This document shows positions 20,338-32,300 of a DNA stretch of 64,000 nucleotides, piece by piece (the stretch's first letter is position 1; every line of letters begins with the position of its first letter). This DNA is from Auanema rhodensis (taxonomy: Eukaryota; Animalia; Nematoda): assembly GCA_964057225.1 (NCBI GenBank), contig OZ059899.1:3224001-3288000 (forward strand), read 5' to 3'. The position numbers and the translations under genes are program-made. Below the pieces are notes generated by a model, which saw only the letters and a list, made by a program, of their open reading frames with translations, ran no database searches and was not told where the DNA came from.

Positions 20338-23300
20338 AAATGTTTTTGGAAGCAATGTTGAGTGTACATGGAAACTCAACATACACTAATGCATCATTTT
20401 TCAAAAGATCATAACTAATTTTTTCATCAAGCGTTTTTCAATGTAGTATAGTGCATTCGATGCGGATTTTTAAGCTGCGTCGATCTGTGTTATCAGATTT
20501 GCGCTAGCTTAAAAATGCACCGAGATATCAACTGATATAAGTTCACACTTATATCCTCGATTTTCACCCTGAAAAAATAATTTTTTCGTTGAATAACATT
20601 GTCCATCGTCTTTGCCTTGAAAAAAGGAATCTAAAAACATCTACTTTTTGCTAAATTATTTTGAAATTTTTCGAAAAAATTTTTGTCAAAATGTTTTTGG
20701 AAGCAATGTTGAGTGTACATGGAAACTCAACATACACTAATGCATCATTTTTCAAACGATCATAACTAATTTTTGTATTAAGCGTTTCTCAATGTAGTAT
20801 AGTGCATTCGATGCGGATTTTTAAGCTGCGTCGATCTGTGTTATCAGATTCGCTCTAGCTTAAAAATGCACCGAGATATCAACTGATATAAGTTCACACT
20901 TATATCCTCGATTTTCACCCTGAAGAAATAATTTTTTCGTTGAATAACATTGTCCATCGTCTTTGCCTTGAAAAATGGAATCTAAAAACATCTACTTTTT
21001 GCTAAATTATTTTGAAATTTTTCGAAAAAAATTTTGTCAAAATGTTTTTGGAAGCAATGTTGAGTGTACATGGAAACTCAACATACACTAATGCATCATT
21101 TTTCAAACGATCATAACCAATTTTTGTATTAAGCGTTTCTCAATGTAGTATAGTGCATTCGATGCGGATTTTTAAGCTGCGTCGATCTGTGTTATCAGAT
21201 TTGCGCTAGCTTAAAAATGCACCGAGATATCAACCGATATAAGTTCACACTTATATCCTCGATTTTCACCCTGAAGAATTAATTTTTTCGTTGAATAACA
21301 TTGTCCATCGTCTTTGCCTTGAAAAATGGAATCTTAAAACATCTACTTTTTGCTAAATTATTTTGGAATTTTTCGAAAAAATTTTTGTCAAAATGTTTTT
21401 GGAAGCAATGTTGAGTGTACATGGAAACTCAACATACACTAATGCATCATTTTTCAAACGATCATAACTAATTTTTGTATCAAGCGTTTCTTAATGTAGT
21501 ATAGTGCATTCGATCCGGATTTTTGAGCTGCGTCGATCTGTGTTATCAGATTTGCGCTAGCTTAAAAATGCACCGAGATATCAACTGATATAAGTTCACA
21601 CTTATATCCTCGATTTTCACCCTGAAGAAATAATTTTTTCGTTGAATATCATTGTCCATCGTCTTTGCCTTGAAAAAAGGAATCTAAAAACATCTACTTT
21701 TTGCTAAATTATTTTGAAATTTTTCGAAAAAATTTTTGTCAAAATGTTTTTGGAAGCAATGTTGAGTGTACATGGAAACTCAACATACACTAATGCATCA
21801 TTTTTCAAAAGATCATAACTAATTTTTGTATCAAGCGTTTTTCAATGTAGTATAGTGCATTCGATGCGGATTTTTAAGCTGCGTCGATCTGTGTTATCAG
21901 ATTTGCGCTAGCTTAAAAATGCACCGAGATATCAACTGATATAAGTTCACACTTATATCCTCGATTTTCACCCTGAAGAAATAATTTTTTCGTTGAATAA
22001 CATTGTCCATCGTCTTTGCCTTGAAAAAAGGATACTGAAAACATCTACTTTTTGCTAAATTATTTTGAAATTTTTCGAAAAAATTTTTGTCAAAATGTTT
22101 TTGGAAGCAATGTTGAGTGTACATGGAAACTCAACATACACTAATGCATCATTTTTCAAACGATCATAACCAATTTTTGTATTAAGCGTTTCTCAATGTA
22201 GTATAGTGCATTCGATGCGGATTTTTAAGCTGCGTCGATCTGTGTTATCAGATTTGCGCTAGCTTAAAAATGCACCGAGATATCAACTGATATAAGTTCA
22301 CACTTATATCCTCGATTTTCACCCTGAAGAATTAATTTTTTCGTTGAATAACATTGTCCATCGTCTTTGCCTTGAAAAATGGAATCTTAAAACATCTACT
22401 TTTTGCTAAATTATTTTGAAATTTTTCAAAAAAATTTTTGTCAAAATGTTTTTGGAAGCAATGTTGAGTGTACATGGAAACTCAACATACACTAATGCAT
22501 CATTTTTCAAACGATCATAACTAATTTTTGTATCAAGCGTTTCTTAATGTAGTATAGTGCATTCGATCCGGATTTTTGAGCTGCGTCGATCTGTGTTATC
22601 AGATTTGCGCTAGCTTAAAAATGCACCGAGATATCAACTGATATAAGTTCACACTTATATCCTCGATTTTCACCATGAAGAAATAATTTTTTCGTTGAAT
22701 AACATTGTCTATCGTCTTTGCTTTGAGAAATGGAATCTAAAAACATCTACTTTTTGCTAAATTATTTTGAAATTTTTCGAAAAAATTTTTGTCAAAATGT
22801 TTTTGGAAGCAATGTTGAGTGTACATGGAAACTCAACATACACTAATGCATCATTTTTCAAAAGATCATAACTAATTTTTTCATCAAGCGTTTTTCAATG
22901 TAGTATAGTGCATTCGATGCGGATTTTAAAGCTGCGTCGATCTGTGTTATCAGATTTGCGCTAGCTTAAAAATGCACCGAGATATCAACTGATATAAGTT
23001 CACACTTATATCCTCGATTTTCACCCTGAAAAAATAATTTTTTCGTTGAATAACATTGTCCATCGTCTTTGCCTTGAAAAAAGGAATCTAAAAACATCTA
23101 CTTTTTGCTAAATTATTTTGAAATTTTTCGAAAAAATTTTTGTCAAAATGTTTTTGGAAGCAATGTTGAGTGTACATGGAAACTCAACATACACTAATGC
23201 ATCATTTTTCAAACGATCATAACTAATTTTTGTATTAAACGTTTCTCTATGTAGTATAGTGCATTCGATGCGGATTTTTAAGCTGCGTCGATCTGTGTTA

Positions 23301-26300
23301 TCAGATTTGCGCTAGCTTAAAAATGCACCGAGATATCAACTGATATAAGTTCACACTTATATCCTCGATTTTCACCCTGAAAAAATAATTTTTTCGTTGA
23401 ATAACATTGTCCATCGTCTTTGCCTTGAAAAAAGGAATCTAAAAACATCTACTTTTTGCTAAATTATTTTGAAATTTTTCGAAAAAATTTTTGTCAAAAT
23501 GTTTTTGGAAGCAATGTTGAGTGTACATGGAAACTCAACATACACTAATGCATCATTTTTCAAACGATCATAACTAATTTTTGTATTAAACGTTTCTCTA
23601 TGTAGTATAGTGCATTCGATGCGGATTTTTAAGCTGCGTCGATCTGTGTTATCAGATTTGCGCTAGCTTAAAAATGCACCGAGATATCAACTGATATAAG
23701 TTCACACTTATATCCTCGATTTTCACCCTGAAAAAATAATTTTTTCGTTGAATAACATTGTCCATCGTCTTTGCCTTGAAAAAAGGAATCTAAAAACATC
23801 TACTTTTTGCTAAATTATTTTGAAATTTTTTGAAAAAATTTTTGTCAAAATGTTTTTGGAAGCAATGTTGAGTGTACATGGAAACTCAACATACACTAAT
23901 GCATCATTTTTCAAACGATCATAACTAATTTTTGTATTAAACGTTTCTCAATGTAGTATAGTGCATTCGATGCGGATTTTTAAGCTGCGTCGATCTGTGT
24001 TATCAGATTTGCGCTAGCTTAAAAATGCACCGAGATATCAACTGATATAAGTTCACACTTATATCCTCGATTTTCACCCTGAAGAATTAATTTTTTCGTT
24101 GAATAACATTGTCCATCGTCTTTGCCTTGAAAAATGGAATCTAAAAACATCTACTTTTTGCTAAATTATTTTGAAATTTTTCGAAAAAATTTTTGTCAAA
24201 ATGTTTTTGGAAGCAATGTTGAGTGTACATGGAAACTCAACATACACTAATGCATCATTTTTCAAACGATCATAACTAATTTTTGTATCAAGCGTTTCTT
24301 AATGTAGTATAGTGCATTCGATCCGGAGTTTTGAGCTGCGTCGATCTGTGTTATCAGATTTGCGCTAGCTTAAAAATGCACCGAGATATCAACTGATATA
24401 AGTTCACACTTATATCCTCGATTTTCACCCTGAAGAAATAATTTTTTCGTTGAATAACATTGTCCATCGTCTTTGCCTTGAAAAAAGAAATCTAAAAACA
24501 TCTACTTTTTGCTAAATTATTTTGAAATTTTTCGAAAAAAGTTTTGTCAAAATGTTTTTGGAAGCAATGTTGAGTGTACATGGAAACTCAACATACACTA
24601 ATGCATCATTTTTCAAACGATCATAACTAATTTTTGTATTAAACGTTTCTCAATGTAGTATAGTGCATTCGATGCGGATTTTTAAGCTGCGTCGATCTGT
24701 GTTATCAGATTTGCGCTAGCTTAAAAATGCACCGAGATATCAACTGATATAAGTTCACACTTATATCCTCGATTTTCACCCTGAAAAAATAATTTTTTCG
24801 TTGAATAACATTGTCCATCGTCTTTGCCTTGAAAAAAGGAATCTAAAAACATCTACTTTTTGCTAAATTATTTTGAAATTTTTCGAAAAAATTTTTGTCA
24901 AAATGTTTTTGGAAGCAATGTTGAGTGTACATGGAAACTCAACATACACTAATGCATCATTTTTCAAACGATCATAACTAATTTTTGTATTAAACGTTTC
25001 TCAATGTAGTATAGTGCATTCGATGCGGATTTTTAAGCTGCGTCGATCTGTGTTATCAGATTTGCGCTAGCTTAAAAATGCACCGAGATATCAACTGATA
25101 TAAGTTCACACTTATATCCTCGATTTTCACCCTGAAGAAATAATTTTTTCGTTGAATAACATTGTCCATCGTCTTTGCCTTGAAAAAAGGAATCTAAAAA
25201 CATCTACTTTTTGCTAAATTATTTTGAAATTTTTCGAAAAAATTTTTGTCAAAATGTTTTTGGAAGCAATGTTGAGTGTACATGGAAACTCAACATACAC
25301 TAATGCATCATTTTTCAAACGATCATAACTAATTTTTGTATTAAACGTTTCTCAATGTAGTATAGTGCATTCGATGCGGATTTTTAAGCTGCGTCGATCT
25401 GTGTTATCAGATTTGCGCTAGCTTAAAAATGCACCGAGATATCAACTGATATAAGTTCACACTTATATCCTCGATTTTCACCCTGAAGAATTAATTTTTT
25501 CGTTGAATAACATTGTCCATCGTCTTTGCCTTGAAAAATGGAATCTTAAAACATCTACTTTTTGCTAAATTATTTTGAAATTTTTCAAAAAAATTTTTGT
25601 CAAAATGTTTTTGGAAGCAATGTTGAGTGTACATGGAAACTCAACATACACTAATGCATCATTTTTCAAACGATCATAACTAATTTTTGTATCAAGCGTT
25701 TCTTAATGTAGTATAGTGCATTCGATCCGGATTTTTGAGCTGCGTCGATCTGTGTTATCAGATTTGCGCTAGCTTAAAAATGCACCGAGATATCAACTGA
25801 TATAAGTTCACACTTATATCCTCGATTTTCACCATGAAGAAATAATTTTTTCGTTGAATAACATTGTCTATCGTCTTTGCTTTGAGAAATGGAATCTAAA
25901 AACATCTACTTTTTGCTAAATTATTTTGAAATTTTTCGAAAAAATTTTTGTCAAAATGTTTTTGGAAGCAATGTTGAGTGTACATGGAAACTCAACATAC
26001 ACTAATGCATCATTTTTCAAACGATCATAACTAATTTTTGTATTAAGCGTTTCTCAATGTAGTATAGTGCATTCGATGCGGATTTTTAAGCTGCGTCGAT
26101 CTGTGTTATCAGATTTGCGCTAGCTTAAAAATGCACCGAGATATCAACTGATATAAGTTCACACTTATATCCTCGATTTTCACCCTGAAGAATTAATTTT
26201 TTCGTTGAATAACATTGTCCATCGTCTTTGCCTTGAAAAAAGGAATCTAAAAACATCTACTTTTTGCTAAATTATTTTGAAATTTTTCGAAAAAATTTTT

Positions 26301-29300
26301 GTCAAAATGTTTTTGGAAGCAATGTTGAGTGTACATGGAAACTCAACATACACTAATGCATCATTTTTCAAACGATCATAACTAATTTTTGTATTAAGCG
26401 TTTCTCAATGAAGTATAGTGCATTCGATGCGGATTTTTAAGCTGCGTCGATCTGTGTTTTCAGATTTGCGCTAGCTTAAAAATGCACCGAGATATCAACT
26501 GATATATGTTCACACTTATATCCTCGATTTTCACCCTGAAGAAATAATTTTTTCGTTGAATAACATTGTCCATCGTCTTTGCCTTGAAAAATGGAATCTT
26601 AAAACATCTACTTTTTGCTAAATTATTTTGAAATTTTTCGAAAAAATTTTTGTCAAAATGTTTTTGGAAGCAATGTTGAGTGTACATGGAAACTCAACAT
26701 ACACTAATGCATCATTTTTCAAACGATCATAACTAATTTTTGTATCAAGTGTTTCTCAATGTAGTATAGTGCATTCAATGCGGATTTTTAAGCTGCGTCG
26801 ATCTGTGTTATCAGATTTGCGCTAGCTTAAAAATGCACCGAGATATCAACTGATATAAGTTCACACTTATATCCTCGATTTTCACCCTGAAGAATTAATT
26901 TTTTCGTTGAATAACATTGTCCATCGTCTTTGCCTTGAAAAAAGGAATCTAAAAACATCTACTTTTTGCTAAATTATTTTGAAATTTTTCGAAAAAATTT
27001 TTGTCAAAATGTTTTTGGAAGCAATGTTGAGTGTACATGGAAACTCAACATACACTAATGCATCATTTTTCAAACGATCATAACTAATTTTTGTATCAAG
27101 TGTTTCTCAATGTAGTATAGTGCATTCAATGCGGATTTTTAAGCTGCGTCGATCTGTGTTATCAGATTTGCGCTAGCTTAAAAATGCACCGAGATATCAA
27201 CTGATATAAGTTCACACTTATATCCTCGATTTTCACCCTGAAGAATTAATTTTTTCGTTGAATAACATTGTCCATCGTCTTTGCCTTGAAAAATGGAATC
27301 TAAAAACATCTACTTTTTGCTAAATTATTTTGAAATTTTTCGAAAAAATTTTTGTCAAAATGTTTTTGGAAGCAATGTTGAGTGTACATGGAAACTCAAC
27401 ATACACTAATGCATCATTTTTCAAACGATCATAACTAATTTTTGTATTAAGCGTTTCTCAATGTAGTATAGTGCATTCGATGCGGATTTTCAAGCTGCGT
27501 CGATCTGTGTTATCAGATTTGCGCTAGCTTGAAAATGCACCGAGATATCAACTGATATAAGTTCACACATATATACCCGATTTTCACCCTGAAGAATTAA
27601 TTTTTTCGTTAAATAACCTTGTCCATCGTTTTTGTCTTAAAAAATAGAATCTAAAAACATCTACTTTTTGCTAAATTATTTTGAAATTTTTCGAAAAAAT
27701 TTTTGTCAAAATGTTTTTGGAAGCAATGTTGAGTGTACATGGAAACTCAACATACACTAATGCATCATTTTTCAAACGATCATAACTAATTTTTGTATTA
27801 AGCGTTTCTCAATGTAGTATAGTGCATTCGATGCGGATTTTCAAGCTGCGTCGATCTGTGTTATCAGATTTGCGCTAGCTTAAAAATGCACCGAGATATC
27901 AACTGATATAAGTTCACACATATATACCCGATTTTCACCCTGAAGAATTAACTTTTTCGTTAAATAACCTTGTCCATCGTCTTTGTCTTGAAAAATAGAA
28001 TCTTAAAACATCTACTTTTTGCTAAATTATTTTGAAATTTTTCGAAAAAATTTTTGTCAAAATGTTTTTGGAAGCAATGTTGAGTGTACATGGAAACTCA
28101 ACATATACTAATGCATCATTTTTCAAACGATCATAACTAATTTTTGTATCAAGTGTTTCTCAATGTAGTATAGTGCATTCGATGCGGATTTTTAAGCTGC
28201 GTCGATCTGTGTTATCAGATTTGCGCTAGCTTAAAAATGCACCGAGATATCAACTGATATAAGTTCACACTTATATCCTCGATTTTCACCCTGAAGAATT
28301 AATTTTTTCGTTGAATAACATTGTCTATCGTCTTTGCCTTGAGAAATGGAATCTAAAAACATCTACTTTTTGCTAAATTATTTTGAAATTTTTCGAAAAA
28401 ATTTTTGTCAAAATGTTTTTGGAAGCAATGTTGAGTGTACATGGAAACTCAACATACACTAATGCATCATTTTTCAAACGATCATAACTAATTTTTGTAT
28501 TAAGCGTTTCTCAATGAAGTATAGTGCATTCGATGCGGATTTTTAAGCTGCGTCGATCTGTGTTTTCAGATTTGCGCTAGCTTAAAAATGCACCGAGATA
28601 TCAACTGATATATGTTCACACTTATATCCTCGATTTTCACCCTGAAGAAATAATTTTTTCGTTGAATAACATTGTCCATCGTCTTTGCCTTGAAAAATGG
28701 AATCTTAAAACATCTACTTTTTGCTAAATTATTTTGAAATTTTTCGAAAAAATTTTTGTCAAAATGTTTTTGGAAGCAATGTTGAGTGTACATGGAAACT
28801 CAACATACACTAATGCATCATTTTTCAAACGATCATAACTAATTTTTGTATTAAGCGTTTCTCAATGAAGTATAGTGCATTCGATGCGGATTTTTAAGCT
28901 GCGTCGATCTGTGTTTTCAGATTTGCGCTAGCTTAAAAATGCACCGAGATATCAACTGATATATGTTCACACTTATATCCTCGATTTTCACCCTGAAGAA
29001 ATAATTTTTTCGTTGAATAACATTGTCCATCGTCTTTGCCTTGAAAAATGGAATCTTAAAACATCTACTTTTTGCTAAATTATTTTGAAATTTTTCGAAA
29101 AAATTTTTGTCAAAATGTTTTTGGAAGCAATGTTGAGTGTACATGGAAACTCAACATACACTAATGCATCATTTTTCAAACGATCATAACTAATTTTTGT
29201 ATCAAGTGTTTCTCAATGTAGTATAGTGCATTCGATGCGGATTTTTAAGCTGCGTCGATCTGTGTTATCAGATTTGCGCTAGCTTAAAAATGCACCGAGA

Positions 29301-32300
29301 TATCAACTGATATAAGTTCACACATATATACCCGATTTTCACCCTGAAGAATTAATTTTTTCGTTAAATAACCTTGTCCATCGTCTTTGTCTTGAAAAAT
29401 AGAATCTTAAAACATCTACTTTTTGCTAAATTATTTTGAAATTTTTCGAAAAAATTTTTGTCAAAATGTTTTTGGAAGCAATGTTGAGTGTACATGGAAA
29501 CTCAACATATACTAATGCATCATTTTTCAAACGATCATAACTAATTTTTGTATAAAGTGTTTCTCAATGTAGTATAGTGCATTCGATGCGGATTTTTAAG
29601 CTGCGTCGATCTGTGTTATCAGATTTGCGCTAGCTTAAAAATGCACCGAGATATCAACTGATATAAGTTCACACTTATATCCTCGATTTTCACCCTGAAG
29701 AATTAATTTTTTCGTTGAATAACATTGTCTATCGTCTTTGCCTTGAGAAATGGAATCTACAAACATCTACTTTTTGCTAAATTATTTTGAATTTTTTCGA
29801 AAAAATTTTTGTCAAAATGTTTTTGGAAGCAATGTTGAGTGTACATGGAAACTCAACATACACTAATGCATCATTTTTCAAACGATCATAACTAATTTTT
29901 GTATTAAGCGTTTCTCAATGTAGTATAGTGCATTCGATGCGGATTTTTAAGCTGCGTCGATCTGTGTTATCAGATTTGCGCTAGCTTAAAAATGCACCGA
30001 GATATCAACTGATATAAGTTCACACTTATATCCTCGATTTTCACCCTGAAGAAATAATTTTTTCGTTGAATAACATTGTCCATCGTCTTTGCCTTGAAAA
30101 AAGGAATCTAAAAACATCTACTTTTTGCTAAATTATTTTGAAATTTTTCGAAAAAATTTTTGTCAAAATGTTTTTGGAAGCAATGTTGAGTGTACATGGA
30201 AACTCAACATACACTAATGCATCATTTTTCAAACGATCATAACTAATTTTTGTATTAAGCGTTTCTCAATGAAGTATAGTGCATTCGATGCGGATTTTTA
30301 AGCTGCGTCGATCTGTGTTTTCAGATTTGCGCTAGCTTAAAAATGCACCGAGATATCAACTGATATATGTTCACACTTATATCCTCGATTTTCACCCTGA
30401 AGAATTAATTTTTTCGTTGAATAACATTGTCTATCGTCTTTGCCTTGAGAAATGGAATCTACAAACATCTACTTTTTGCTAAATTATTTTGAAATTTTTC
30501 GAAAAAATTTTTGTCAAAATGTTTTTGGAAGCAATGTTGAGTGTACATGGAAACTCAACATACACTAATGCATCATTTTTCAAACGATCATAACTAATTT
30601 TTGTATTAAGCGTTTCTCAATGTAGTATAGTGCATTCGATGCGGATTTTCAAGCTGCGTCGATCTGTGTTATCAGATTTGCGCTAGCTTAAAAATGCACC
30701 GAGATATCAACTGATATAAGTTCACACATATATACCCGATTTTCACCCTGAAGAATTAACTTTTTCGTTAAATAACCTTGTCCATCGTTTTTGTCTTAAA
30801 AAATAGAATCTAAAAACATCTACTTTTTGCTAAATTATTTTGAAATTTTTCGAAAAAATTTTTGTCAAAATGTTTTTGGAAGCAATGTTGAGTGTACATG
30901 GAAACTCAACATACACTAATGCATCATTTTTCAAACGATCATAACTAATTTTTGTATTAAGCGTTTCTCAATGTAGTATAGTGCATTCGATGCGGATTTT
31001 CAAGCTGCGTCGATCTGTGTTATCAGATTTGCGCTAGCTTAAAAATGCACCGAGATATCAACTGATATATGTTCACACTTATATCCTCGATTTTCACCCT
31101 GAAGAATTAATTTTTTCGTTGAATAACATTGTCTATCGTCTTTGCCTTGAGAAATGGAATCTACAAACATCTACTTTTTGCTAAATTATTTTGAAATTTT
31201 TCGAAAAAATTTTTGTCAAAATGTTTTTGGAAGCAATGTTGAGTGTACATGGAAACTCAACATACACTAATGCATCATTTTTCAAACGATCATAACTAAT
31301 TTTTGTATTAAGCGTTTCTCAATGTAGTATAGTGCATTCGATGCGGATTTTCAAGCTGCGTCGATCTGTGTTATCAGATTTGCGCTAGCTTAAAAATGCA
31401 CCGAGATATCAACTGATATAAGTTCACACTTATATCCTCGATTTTCACCCTGAAGAATTAATTTTTTCGTTGAATAACATTGTCTATCGTCTTTGCCTTG
31501 AGAAATGGAATCTACAAACATCTACTTTTCGCTAAATTATTTTGAAATTTTTCGAAAAAATTTTTGTCAAAATGTTTTTGGAAGCAATGTTGAGTGTACA
31601 TGGAAACTCAACATATACTAATGCATCATTTTTCAAACGATCATAACTAATTTTTGTATCAAGTGTTTCTCAATGTAGTATAGTGCATTCGATGCGGATT
31701 TTTAAGCTGCGTCGATCTGTGTTATCAGATTTGCGCTAGCTTAAAAATGCACCGAGATATCAACTGATATAAGTTCACACTTATATCCTCGATTTTCACC
31801 CTGAAGAATTAATTTTTTCGTTGAATAACATTGTCTATCGTCTTTGCCTTGAGAAATGGAATCTACAAACATCTACTTTTTGCTAAATTATTTTGAATTT
31901 TTTCGAAAAAATTTTTGTCAAAATGTTTTTGGAAGCAATGTTGAGTGTACATGGAAACTCAACATACACTAATGCATCATTTTTCAAACGATCATAACTA
32001 ATTTTTGTATTAAGCGTTTCTCAATGTAGTATAGTGCATTCGATGCGGATTTTTAAGCTGCGTCGATCTGTGTTATCAGATTTGCGCTAGCTTAAAAATG
32101 CACCGAGATATCAACTGATATAAGTTCACACTTATATCCTCGATTTTCACCCTGAAGAAATAATTTTTTCGTTGAATAACATTGTCCATCGTCTTTGCCT
32201 TGAAAAAAGGAATCTAAAAACATCTACTTTTTGCTAAATTATTTTGAAATTTTTCGAAAAAATTTTTGTCAAAATGTTTTTGGAAGCAATGTTGAGTGTA

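Noticed and set aside
20568-20600. Hammerhead ribozyme in the satellite (CTGAAGA matches CUGANGA in most monomers), or retrozyme in the LTR
   Set aside because: No stem II followed by GAAA and no closing stems were found by eye, and the motif is CTGAAAA in several monomers, including this one. An Infernal search would settle it.
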